Shown here: positions 1-11,749 of the stretch, one piece after another
How positions within the stretch are numbered: the first letter of the stretch is position 1
Layout: each line of letters opens with the position of its first letter
NCBI GenBank assembly: GCA_964016885.1
Contig: OZ024742.1
Location: 274,102,001 to 274,166,000, forward strand
DNA: 64,000 bases
Direction of reading: 5' to 3'
DNA from: Eledone cirrhosa
Taxonomy: Eukaryota
Notes under the pieces: generated by a model
Databases searched by the model: none
The model's input: only the letters and a program-made list of their open reading frames with translations
What the model was told of the DNA's origin: nothing
Translations under genes and position numbers: made by a program

Positions 1-350
1 AGTGCAAGAGAAGGAGAGGGAGAAAATTAACCGATACCAGGACCTAAAGTGGGAGGTGAAAAGGATTTGGAACTGCCATGAAGTCAAAGTGATCCCGATT
101 GTCATAGGCGCACTGGGGACTATCTCCAAAAGTTTCCAGGGATGGTTAAAGAAAATCGGCCCCTTCACGCTTTTTGGAACGCTTCAAAAGGCATGCTTGC
201 TTGGAACAGCAAGAACCCTCCGATACGTCCTGAATATCTGAGGCTGCAGGTAGTGGCTTGATATTCAATCCAACGGACTTTCCAGTTAACCAACATCAAT
301 GACTGAGATTCAAGGAATAACAACAACAATAATAATAATAATAATAATAA
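1..350 (+). mobile_element. R4/Dong-like RLE non-LTR retrotransposon, family A, 3' end (cut by window edge)
   Basis: ORF 2-241 (EKINRYQDL...IPIVIGALG...LQKACLLGTARTLR) is the C-terminal half of a restriction-like endonuclease. A short 3' UTR and (AAT)n tail follow. Near-identical to 1255-1600. Confidence 0.85.
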
Positions 351-368
351 TGATGATAATAGTAATAA

Positions 369-544
369 TTGTTTCTACTTTAGGCACAAGGCCAGCAATT
401 ACCCAGTGCATTACTGGTACTTTATTTTATCGACCCCGTAAGGATGAAAGGCAAAGTCAACCTCGGCGGGATTTGAACTCAGATCGTAAAGGGACGTAAC
501 TATGCTGGAAAGCATGCCGTCCAACCCTCCACTGATACTGCCAA
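369..544 (-). mobile_element. tRNA-derived SINE, full length (copy 1)
   Basis: Minus strand shows A-box-like TGGCAGTATCAGTGG, B-box GAGTTCAAATCC, core GCCTTTCATCCTTACGGGGTCGATAAAATAAAGTACCAG and tail GGCCTTGTGCCTAAAGTAGAAAC. Flanked by (AAT)n. Nine copies occur in the window. Confidence 0.85.
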
Positions 545-555
545 ATAATAATAAT

Positions 556-1600
556 AGACTCTACTTAAGTAGATCTGAAGGTGGAAGAGGTCTTATCATT
601 ATAGAGGACTGTGTTCAGATGGAGAAAAACAACCTACACAAATACGTGACTGATAGTAAGGAGCCAATGCACAGAATTGTACTAAAGGAGAGGACAATAG
701 ACCAGGGGATGTCCAAGGAGGAAATAACAACAAGGAGAAAGAGCAGCCTTCATGAAAAATCCCTTCATATTACCTTCTTTGAGAAAACGGAATTCAGAGA
801 TCCACAGACATGGAACTGGTTGAAAAGAGGAGACCTCAAAAAGGCTACAGAAGGAATGTTAATGGCTGCGCAGAAGCAGTCCCTCAAAAACACCATATTT
901 ACAAGGAGGAGGCTAGCCCACTGTGCAGGATCTGTGGAGAGAGAGAGGAGACTGTGGCTCACATTGTATCCGAGTGTAAACACCAAGCCCAGACTCACTA
1001 TAAGGGCTGGAGACATGATGTGATAGGCAGGGTGATCCACTGGCACCTATGCAAAGTAAACAATTTAACACATTCTGAGAAGTGGTATGAGCATAAGCCA
1101 GAGTCGGTGATAGAAAACGATCAGGTGAAGGTGTTGTGGGATTTTAGGATACAGACGGAGAAGAAACTGGAACACAATAGACCTGACCTGTTGGTTGTGG
1201 AAAAAGAAAAAAGATCGTGCCTGATTGTGGATGTGGCCTGCCCGTTCGACACGAGAGTGCAAGAGAAGGAGAGGGAGAAAATTAACCGATACCAGGACTT
1301 AAAGTGGGAGGTAAAAAGGATTTGGAACTGCCATGAAGTCAAAGTGATCCCGATTGTCATAGGTGCACTAGGGACTATCTCAAAAAGTTTCGAGGGATGG
1401 TTAAAGAAAATTAGCCCCTTCACGCTTTTTGGAACGCTTCAAAAGGCATGCTTGCTGGGAACAGCAAGAACACTCCGATACGTCCTGAATATCTGAGGCT
1501 GCAGGTAGTGGCATGATATTCATTTCAACAAACTTTCCAGTTAACTAACATCAATGACTGAGACTCAAGGAACAATAATAATAATAATAATAATAGTAAT
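556..1600 (+). mobile_element. R4/Dong-like element family A, 5'-truncated and frameshifted
   Basis: RLYLSRSEGGRGL (RT C-terminus), CCHC knuckle CRICGEREETVAHIVSEC, RHD motif and RLE core LWDF...NRPDLLVV...DVACP (ORFs 502-1023, 810-1496). (TAA)n on both sides. Confidence 0.9.
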
Positions 1601-1605
1601 AATAA

Positions 1606-1781
1606 TTGTTTCTACTTTAGGCACAAGGCCAGCAATTACCCAGTACATTACTGGTACTTTATTTTATCGACCCCGTAAGGATGAAATGCAATGTCAACAT
1701 CGGCGGGATTTGAACTCAGATCGTAAAGGGACGTAACTATGCTGGAAAGCATGGCGTCCGACCCTCTACCGATACTGCCAA
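1606..1781 (-). mobile_element. tRNA-derived SINE, full length (copy 2)
   Basis: Near-identical to 369-544 and embedded in (AAT)n. Confidence 0.85.
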
Positions 1782-1792
1782 TAATAATAATA

Positions 1793-3845
1793 AAAAGATT
1801 GTCATAATCGACACAAAAATCTATCAATTGATTGGATAGATTATAAAAAAGCATTCGATACTTCGCCACAGAGTTGGATTGAAAAATGTTTAGAGGTTTT
1901 CAAAATATCTCCCGTTGTCAGGAGATTCCTGTCATTCAGTATGAAGACATGGAGAAAGACACTCCTTTTCAATAGTGAAAAAAATCACTGGAAGCTGGAG
2001 AAGTAAATATTAATTGTGGAATTTTTTAGGGTGGCTCTTTATCACCGCTTTTATTCTGCATCGCACTTATACCATTAAGTAAAATGCTCAATGAAACAAA
2101 ACATGGATATAAAGTCTATGACAAAACCATTAATCACTTGTTCTACATGGATGACCTGAAACTATTTGAAAAAAATGATGAACAATTGCAAGGGCTATTA
2201 TCCACTGTAAGCAGTTCAGTGATGACATAAAAATGGAGTTTGGACTAGATAAATGCGCCAAAGCAACGTTCACCAGGGGAAAGCTGCTGAAAAGTTAAGA
2301 CATTAATCTTTCTCGGGGGAATGTGGTAAGAGAACTTGATCAAGAGGAAACTTACAAATATCTAGGTGTTTGTGAAGGAGACGGAATAAAGCACTCGACA
2401 ATGAGGGAGAGGGTAAGGAAGGAATGTTACCGCAGAGAAAGTGCAATCTTAAGAACGGAATTCAATGCAACGAATAGGATCTATGCCATAAACACGCTTG
2501 CCATACCAGTAGTAACCTACAGTTACAATGTCATCAACTGGTCAAGCACAGATATATGATCGATACAAAAATTCGAAAATTCTTAACCATGCACAGAATG
2601 CATCACCCTAAGGCAGATACATATAGAATATATCTCCCTAGAAAAGAAGGTGGACGTGGGTTAATCCAGTTAGACATTGCGTTGAAAACTGCAACAATTG
2701 GATTATGTACATATCTAAGGGAATCACATGATTGGATGATCAAAGTCGTTTTGAATCACGAAAGCATCAACAGATCATACACCATTACAAAAGATGCACA
2801 AAATAGAGTAATGGACTACAAATTTCAGAAGTTCCATTTACTGCTGAAATGAAAAATACAGAAAAAGCAAAGCAGGTAAAAGTAACTGCAAAGAAAGAAC
2901 AGCTACAGAAACTGGCTAAGTAATGGCAAGAAAAGACTCTGTATGGAAAATACCCAGAAAGGGCTAACAATCCTGATGTTGACAAAACTTTAACTCAACA
3001 ATGGTTGGCATCCCCTGGACTGAAATCGGAGACTGAAGGACTAATTATATCAGCACAAGATCAGTGTCTGTCAACAAAAAATTACCAAGCCTACATAATA
3101 AAAAATGGATGCAACCCATTATGCCGTGTATGTAAAAAACAACCAGAGACCATTGATAATATAATTTCAATGTGCAGTCCTATAACACCAACCGAATACC
3201 TAAACAAGCATGACAGAGCTGCACAATACATACAGTGGATAATGTGTAAGCATTTTGACCTGCCCCATCAAAAGAATTGGTGGGAGCATCAACCACCTCC
3301 CATACTGAAAAATATCACATCTCAATCTTGTGGAACTTTAGCATCCAACAGACCGAAAAATAGATGCAAATAGACCTGATATAATACTGAAAGACTTTAA
3401 AACGAGGGTATGCCTGCTAATTGATATGTCCGTTCCAATAGTCGAGAATGTATCTATAAAAACATTTGAAAAATTGAGCAAGTATAAGGACCTGGAGATA
3501 GAAATTGGAAAAATGTGGAAATTGAGAACTAAAACAATACCAGTGGTTGTAGGCGCTGTGGGAATGATACCTAAGGGGTCTAATGATTACTTATCGCAAA
3601 TCCCAGGAAACCTGCGTATAGAAGAAATACAAAAAAGAGTACTAATGGGAACTGCCCATATACTAAGGAAGATTCTGTCAATATAAGTACATCACAAGTC
3701 TAAACACCTAAAGATGCATGTGTGTGTGTTTGTATGTTCTTTCTTGAACATGGCCGACCATGTTGTCTCTTTAGGCCACTGGTTTTGACTTGATGAAAAC
3801 TCGTATGAACATAAAGCAAGATAAATGCAACTGTAATAATAATAA
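1793..3845 (+). mobile_element. R4/Dong-like element family B, 5'-truncated and degenerate
   Basis: RT remnants (DYKKAFD, HLFYMDDLKL, YKYLGV, RIYLPRKEGGRGL), CRVC..ETIDNIISMC knuckle and RLE C-terminus (3426-3686). Ends in (TAA)n. Reverse-complement match to 49476-51510. Confidence 0.9.
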
Positions 3846-3847
3846 CG

Positions 3848-4040
3848 ATGGTTTCTTATTTAGGCACAAGGTCAGCAATTATGAGGTAGGGGAAATTCGA
3901 TTAATTCGGCCCCAGTGCGAGACTGGTACATTATTTTATCGACCTCGTAAGGATGAAAGGCGAAGTTAACCCCGACGGGATTTGAACTCAGATCACAATG
4001 GGCCGTAATTCTATACCACAAAGCATGTTGTCCAACCCTA
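3848..4040 (-). mobile_element. tRNA-derived SINE, variant subfamily (copy 3)
   Basis: Same core and B-box as copy 1, with an extra segment near 3880-3910. Tail GACCTTGTGCCTAAATAAGAAACCAT. Confidence 0.75.
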
Positions 4041-4179
4041 ATAATCTGCTGTGAGTAATATCGAAGTTGCAGATCCGATTATCATTTTTCGAAATCAAGC
4101 TTCCGAATCTGGCACAAAGCAATCAACGAAATGATATCGATGAATCGATGAATTTTTGCTCATATATATATTTATAATA

Positions 4180-4861
4180 AATGTAATCTGAGATTTTCGA
4201 ATATTAATAATTGTTTCTACTTATGGCACAGGGCCAGCAATTATCCAGTACATTACTGGTACTTTATTTTATCGACCCCGTAAGGGATTTGAACTCAGAC
4301 TGTAAATTTTCGAATATTAATAATGACATTCGATTCGTTTGCAATTATGCAAACAACTCTCATTCTTAAAGCCTTGTCAGTAGAATGAACACTTCATTCT
4401 GGCTCTTGTGTTGGCATGTAAACAGAACCGCAGACACTAATGTTTCTGGGTATCACCCTTCAACAGTACAGCTCACTGTTCACCTACCAACTGTCAGAGA
4501 TAGTGAAAATACATGCTATTTTCAAAAATGAACAGTGACTGATCGGCCTGATTTGCATATTAGCAGACTGGCTGATTTGCAGATCTGCATATTAGCAGAT
4601 CCACTGAGCAGCTAGATTTGCATATCAGCAGACTGGCCAATCAGTTTCCTGTATACGACTGATAAACAGGTGAACAGTGAACTGTACTAATGAAGGGTGA
4701 TACCCAGAAACATTAGTGTCTGCAGTTCTGTTTACATGCCAGCAGAAGAGCAAGAATGAAGGGTTCATTCTACTGACATGGCTTTAAAAATGAAGCTTGT
4801 TTGCATAATTGCAAACGAATCGAATGTTATTATTAATATTCGAAATACTCAGATTACATTT
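4180..4861. mobile_element. Foldback/MITE-like element with about 200-bp terminal inverted repeats
   Basis: Left arm (4180-4211 plus 4325-4486) is the reverse complement of about 4668-4861. A further half copy lies at 5718-5945. No coding capacity. Confidence 0.75.
4212..4305 (-). mobile_element. SINE copy 4 (5'-truncated, internally deleted) inserted in the MITE arm with a 19-bp TSD
   Basis: ATTTTCGAATATTAATAAT is duplicated at 4193-4211 and 4306-4324. The opposite MITE arm has one copy. Confidence 0.8.
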
Positions 4862-4890
4862 ACTGTATTCAGGCATGTAGTGCGAAAATG

Positions 4891-4929
<39 letters not shown>

Positions 4930-5473
4930 GAGAGCTTTATTCGATTTGTGATATTTTGCATTTTCGCAATATTATACACAACTGAATTCATTCGCCTAAT
5001 AAAGGTGTTGCCTCTCTTGCTGAACCCCACGTGGGGTCAGTTACAAACACATTTATGTGGACTTTCGAACTGAATCCCGTTGACAACGCGTACTCCCATT
5101 TCAGTCATGATACCAGAAGCCCAACATCCTTTATGTAAGTGGACAGTAAATGACTTATGGGGCCGCAGAAACCCAAATACTGGACTTTACCATCTTTCCA
5201 GGGGTCCGGGTAAGCTTTCAACCATTTATATTTTTATATATTTTTATATATGTATATCTGTTTGACCCGAAATAGGCGATCGAATTTTCGCTGTGTGGAT
5301 GATTAGTTTAACCACCATCTCAGTGTGTTTGGCCTTTAACGTAAGTTGTAAGCTCTAATTCATATGAATTATCGAGCGCTTGCCACACAACTCGGAAGTG
5401 ATTCTCGTTAATTCCTGAGCTGAAATTCGATTCTCGCTAATTTTTACTTCTATATATACATATATATATACAC

Positions 5474-5510
<37 letters not shown>

Positions 5511-5536
5511 GTGTGTGTATGTGTGTCTGTGTATAA

Positions 5537-5716
5537 TTGTTTCTACTTTTGGCATAAGACCAGCAATTACCCAGAGCATTACTGGTACTTTATTTTATCG
5601 ACGCCGTAAGAATGAAAGGCAATGTTAACCTCGATGGGATTCGATCTCAGAATGGCAAGGGCCGTAATTCTATGTGTCAAAGCATGGTGTCTGACACTCT
5701 ACCGATACTTCCAATC
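5537..5716 (-). mobile_element. tRNA-derived SINE (copy 5)
   Basis: Diverged match to 369-544 over its full length. Confidence 0.8.
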
Positions 5717-5717
5717 C

Positions 5718-5945
5718 AAATGTAATCTCATTTTTTTAAATATTAATAATAACATTCGATTCGTTTGCAATTATGCAAACATCCTCTTTATTAAAGCCAT
5801 GTCAGTAGGATGAGCCCCTCATTCTTGCTCTTCTGTTGGCATGTAAACAGAACTGTAGACACTAATGTTTCTGGATATTACCTGCACCAGTTCAGTTCAA
5901 TGTTCACCTGCCAACTCTCAGAGCTAGTGAAAATATATGATTTTT
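5718..5945. repeat. Half copy of the 4180-4861 foldback element
   Basis: ACATTCGATTCGTTTGCAATTATGCAAAC...GTAAACAGAACTGTAGACACTAATGTTTCTGG matches 4325-4530. Confidence 0.75.
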
Positions 5946-6594
5946 TCTGATAATGATTTAAATTGATTCAATAATCTCATAAATTTTTAACGCGTTGGTT
6001 TATTATGCAATATACATTCTTAAGGAAAATAATTTTTTCTATGCTGCTCATACTTTCAAGAGGTTAGACATGCAGAGATTGTCAGCAATTTATATTTGAT
6101 ATTTGAATATTTGATGAAGTAATGTTTTCGACGAGTTTTCAAAATTTCAGAACGTCATGCCTATATTTATGTTTCATTCAGATAACTAACTCTAATATGC
6201 CGCGATGTGAAAGAAAACTTCTGTTACAGAGTTAATGTGTTCATAATTATTTCACGACAAATTTATATCAAAAGTAATTAAATAACCTCTTCAGTCAAAC
6301 ACCTGAAATTTCATAAAAACCCATGTAGAGAAGTACATTATTTAGGATTTCTGTACAGCTGATTAGGAGAAATTGAGTGATGTGAGTTTCGAAGGTAACT
6401 GTATTTTTTCAGGTGTTTGTTTCTTCAACTATCTTGCTCAAATACACAATGACTTATACAATTATAATTTTATAACAATAACAAAAACAGCTTTCAGACT
6501 TAAAACGTATATCGATGTATGTTGAATTTTCATCTGTTCTGGTATAAATATGAGTAAATATATGTTTATACACACACACACACACACACACACA

Positions 6595-6672
<78 letters not shown>

Positions 6673-7244
6673 AAGAGAGAGAGAGAGTGAGAGAGAAAGG
6701 GAAAGATTAATGTGTGAGTGTGTATGTATGTATATGTATATATATATATATATATATGTATTGAGGAAAATAAAATTTGTAACAAAATACTCTAAGAATA
6801 TAGCAAGAATATTCCTTGTTAGATTTGTATTGAGAAGATTTAGAATTTTTTTTTATTATGTCATCTCCAGTTTCATCTTCTTTCAAAACTTTGCATTATA
6901 GAATATGCAACCTGTAGAGAATTACATTATCGATCTCATTTCAATGTTCTCTAAAAGAAAAAATAAGGAATGCGAAATGTGTGTACTTAGAATTGTGAGG
7001 AAATCACTATACGTTTATTTCATATCGAGCTACTATTATACTTCAAGAAATATATATGTATTATTATTACTCTTATTATTATCAAAATCATATAAACTAT
7101 TCACATCACCACTAAATGTAGCATGTTGTCTTGTTATACACACATGTATGTATATATGTACATATGTGATCACACAACTCACCCACACATATTTATATAA
7201 TTATATATGGATAATTATGCATATATCTATAGTATTACATATAT

Positions 7245-7323
<79 letters not shown>

Positions 7324-7324
7324 G

Positions 7325-8457
7325 TATATATAAAGCTGACGGCCGTATATATGTACCGAACTTTTCGCCAAACGGCTGGTCCAAACAGCACCAGATTTGC
7401 ACCATAGATGTAACTTTTTCCAAGAAAAAGGTGAGGGTATTTTAGTCTACTGAATTTTGTTAAAAGATTAAAGACATTATTTAAATATTCACTTCTTTAA
7501 AATTTCAAATATCAACACTTCCGGTTATGCGACATTCCTCACTCTTTCTTAGTCTGTGTTTTTAGATAGATACATAGCTATGACGTCGTGCCCTTATAAT
7601 ATGTCTCTGTATGCCTGGTTGTCTGCATTAGATACATATCTATGACGTTACACAACATTCCTATCTTTTTCTTAGTCTGATTTTTTAGATAGATACATAG
7701 ATATAACCTCGCGCTCTTATAATATGTCTTTGTATGTCTGGTTGTCTGCATTAGAGAACGTTCTTCGAAATATTTACTTCTGCGTTCACATATTGATTCT
7801 TTTAGTTTCAGAAGATCCCGTTAAGGGTGAAAGCAGCGATTCTTGCTTAAACATTAATCTGTTATTTTAATATATATATATGTTCGTGTACAGATATTTT
7901 TGCATACACAAAAATAAAATATAAACAAACCTATTTATTTCACGAAAGCACAGACGGCTTATTGTCATTGTTACTGCCGATATGCCACCCAAAATGTCCC
8001 AGCCTGGCCGCAAGATCAGATTTTCCAGAAGAAAAAATGTTACTAGAGCAAGAGAGTCTGAAGATGATCATGAACGTCGGCTTCAGCAGATGAGGACTCA
8101 AGCGAGAGCCATTCGATCATCTCAGTCTCAAGACCAGCGCCAGTCTCGCCTTCAGCAACTGAGGTCCCGTGTAGAAGGCATGAGAGCAACACAAACAGAA
8201 CAAGCCAGATGGGAGAAGGTGCGTTCATGAACTGATTGCATGCACATTGCATTACAGCATCAGTGTGCCATACAGGTCCTTGCAAAACTGAGTCCAATTT
8301 TTAACTATTCAAACCCAACATCAGAGCACGTTAAAATCCCTCCCCAACTTGCTGGCTTGAGAGGGAGTGCCGTATCTTTGCACTGGGTGGAGGGGGGATT
8401 TCTGAAAAGATAAAATAACGGTATACCTATCCGGCGCCAGCCGGACGAGCCAGCTAG
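7325..8457 (+). mobile_element. Non-autonomous Helitron-like element
   Basis: Starts in (TA)n. Ends with hairpin TCCGGCGCCAGCCGGA (8430-8445) then CTAG|T (8454-8457). Internal duplication at about 7545-7755. Carries an STPR-like ORF remnant. Confidence 0.7.
7982..8230 (+). pseudogene. STPR-repeat-like N-terminal fragment of a Helitron Rep/helicase
   Basis: About 23-aa periodic motif (RESEDDHERRLQQMR..., SQSQDQRQSRLQQLR..., TQTEQAR) resembling STPR repeats of Helitron proteins. Truncated. Confidence 0.55.
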
Positions 8458-8469
8458 TATATATACTTA

Positions 8470-8540
<71 letters not shown>

Positions 8541-8582
8541 TTCAAAATATTAACAAAATAGATATTTTTGTGATCAAGTATA

Positions 8583-8644
8583 TTTATTATACATATTTCA
8601 GAGGTACTGAGTTAACTTCAAAAGTACGTCCTCATCACATAAAA
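8583..8644 (-). ncRNA. Degenerate minimal hammerhead ribozyme (C3 changed to G)
   Basis: TTTAT-GTGATGA-GGACGTACT...AGTACCTCT-GAAA-TATGTA-TA-ATAAA. Lies downstream of the PLE fragment at 10790-11400. Confidence 0.5.
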
Positions 8645-9495
8645 TAAGATGATGCATGACATACCCTGACATAGTAGATGGTTAAGATTCAGTCATGGTA
8701 GTGAGTAACATATGACAAAACTCAATATTTATATACCTTAATATTGAGAAACATGAGAAAAATATATAATACATACAATAGAGAGGGTGCGTGTGATACA
8801 GCTTAAAAAATACTTGGCATCAATATAACTGTTACAGAAGTTAAATTACTGAAGAAAGAGGAAAGAAAAGAAAAGCATAGAGGAAGAGACAGATGAGGGG
8901 GATAATATAGTTAGTAGGGGCCTAGAAAAGCAAAAGAGAGTTGATTACAGAGAGTGAGAGAGATAAATAGGAATAACTTATATTCAAGTCTTTAAACAAT
9001 TATCTATATATACAATATATATATCTAAACATATCTGGTTGACCGTTAATATTCAAAATATTTAATTTAAGTTAGTTCAGAGTAATGAATAATATTTTAG
9101 GTTTTAAAAGTTAATAGGTATCTGTATTAATATTAAATTATACTATCAAATTTAATTTCTAAAATCAAATTTTATGAAATCAAATTTAAAGGATTTACAA
9201 ACACGAGAGAGAAAACATAATGTTTTTACAACCTCACGAAGGTAAACTTTACCAAATTTATCATATAATATTGACAACAGTTTATATAATATAATTCAGA
9301 AAATAATTACCGTTGTAATTTTTAAAGAATTTATGATTAACAATTTGAGTGCCCAAAGGATCAACAGGCCTTATAATTAAACTTAAAAAGGTCTGAATTT
9401 TAAATTACATATATGTGTTTATCAAAAAAAAAATACACAAAGATTATATTGTCTAAAAACTTAAGATGATACTTTTCAGATATACATAATATAAT

Positions 9496-9673
9496 TGTTT
9501 CTACTTTAGGCACAAGGCCAGCAATTACCCAGTGCATTACTGGTACTTTATTTTATCGACCCCGTAAGGATGAAAGGCAAAGTCAACCTCGGCGTGATTT
9601 GAACTCAGATCGTAAAGGGACGTAACTATGCTGGAAAGCTTGGTGTCCGACCCTCTACCGATACTGCCAATCC
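9496..9673 (-). mobile_element. tRNA-derived SINE, full length (copy 6) with a 12-bp TSD
   Basis: ACATAATATAAT at 9484-9495 and 9674-9685. Confidence 0.88.
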
Positions 9674-10789
9674 ACATAATATAATACAATATAGTAAATA
9701 AGTTACTGAAAATATTGTTAAAAATTAATGTTTTAGATCAATTATTGTAAAAGGATCATTTAATAGATATATACTATAAATATATAAGTCAAAACTTCAC
9801 GAGTCCTAAGGATAAGGAATACAAGAATAAGGATACAAAATAAAAAGTGAAAAATAAAAATAAATAGTGAAAAAAATAATGAATTGTTTGCGAAACATAA
9901 AAATGCCAATATTAAAAAAAAAAAGTTTAAAATGCAAGAGGATTTTATTATATAGTAGACAAAAGATACTTCTAAAATGACCAACGAAGGTGATAGAAAG
10001 AGGAGCTAAAAATTTGAATGACCCGGAGGTAATCTAAATTTAATTAAAATAAAATAAATTAAATTAAATTAAGTAATAATCATTATATAATTTCGAACAT
10101 TAAGGAAATATCTAACACTTATAACAATAGAGAGTCATTTGAGTATCTAAATTAGTTATAAATTAAACTACGAGCATGTTATTATACTCGATAAACATAT
10201 TTGTTCAAATATATATAGAGAGAGTATTATAGGTATTAGTGAAACGATATACATTTAATAAATAAATAAATAATTACAATCATTATTAGTAAAGTTATAA
10301 TTCTAGTTTTACCTCCAGTTCAGTGGAAAGAGAGACCAATATTTATCGCCTAGTATGGTTTGTGATATTTATACCTAAATATATATAAAATATATATATA
10401 TGTGCAAATCTAACTTTCTGAGTCCCAAAACATACCCAAAATGAGTAAAATATATAAATGCATGAATGATTTACGGTTCAATAATAACCGGTAATCTTAC
10501 AAGTTATATATCCAAATTATATATATAAAACAAAGACAAATATATATAAGGAACCGAATCTCAATTATAAATGTCTAAAATAATCCAAAGGGGTGCATAT
10601 TCATCAAGAGAAGAAGTTAACAAATAATATGTTTATATACCTAAATAGGACCGTTCATTCTAACATTAATTCTATCATAAATGATTAGAAAATAAAGTAT
10701 TATTAAAGTTGTATAAGCTGTTATAACGTTTTAGGTAAAACAGTTGATAAGAGACGTCAAAAATTAAAACCTGTTTGTTTAGTGTTTTT

Positions 10790-11400
10790 TCCTGACTTTT
10801 GCGAGGCTTGGAATGTAGACAAAGCTTTATGAAGGCAGTTTGAGAATAATTCACTTTTTTTGTTAATTAAGTTTTCACAATTAGTAATTATTATAGGGTC
10901 TCGTTAGTACAAAGGTTGCAGTTAGTTGATATAGACGAATTCGAATAGATTCTACTATTACAAAGCTTCGTCCAAGAAATCGAGTATTTTAAATTTTGTC
11001 TTTTAATGACCATATAAGTTGTGATAAAGAAGTCGAAGACTTCCTATTAGGATTCGAAAACGAGCATTTGTGATTCGCAAATCTCGATTTAAATGTCGAA
11101 GAATTTGCCCCTATCTAGTTGTATGAGATGTTATTTGCTTTTACGGTGCATTTATACACCAAATTTCTATCCAGACAATTATTTTGCAGAGGGCAATCTG
11201 GTTTATTTCTACAATTACATTTCGATTTATTATTATATATATTAGCACTATTATTAACACTATTATGCTGATTTTGGTTAAGAATTCTACTATTTAGTTT
11301 AGCGATGTTTTGGGCCATATTCATAGTTGTAGAATGGGAAAGCTTAATTGTGTGTCTATTAAATATGGAACGGTATTTATGTTGATTAGGGAAGGAATTA
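10790..11400 (-). pseudogene. Penelope-like element 3' fragment (GIY-YIG endonuclease, Hydra-type Cys linker)
   Basis: HKYRSIFNRHTIKLSHSTTMN...KCNCRNKPDCPLQNNCLDRNLVYKC...IGANSSTFKSRFANH, with in-frame stops. Homologous to the C-terminus of ORF 20164-21987. Confidence 0.8.
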
Positions 11401-11680
11401 TCTTAATTAACAAAAAAAGTGAATTATTCTCAAACTGCCTTCATAAAGCGTCTCTTATCAACTGTTTTACCTAAAACGTTATAACAGCTTATAAAACTTT
11501 AATAATACTTTATTTTCTAATCATTTATGATAGAATTAGTGTTAGAATGAAGGATTCTATTTAGGTATATAAACATATTTTTGTTTAACTTTTTCTCTTG
11601 ATGAATATGCACACCTTTGGATTATTTTAGACACTTATAATTTAGATTCGGTCCCTTATATATATTTGTCTTTGATTTAT
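11401..11680 (+). repeat. Inverted duplication of the PLE 3' region
   Basis: 11402-11449 is the reverse complement of about 10822-10871, and 11450-11675 of about 10530-10755. Confidence 0.8.
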
Positions 11681-11749
11681 TCATTGAAACTTGTTTAACT
11701 TATAAATATATACATATATATATATGTACATATATGTAAAAGGTAAAGT

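Noticed and set aside
460-544. tRNA gene
   Set aside because: A and B boxes are present but there is no complete cloverleaf. It is the SINE head.
6236-6300. CTGAAGAG...GAAA-TAATTA on the minus strand
   Set aside because: The cleavage triplet would be NUG and no stem I forms.
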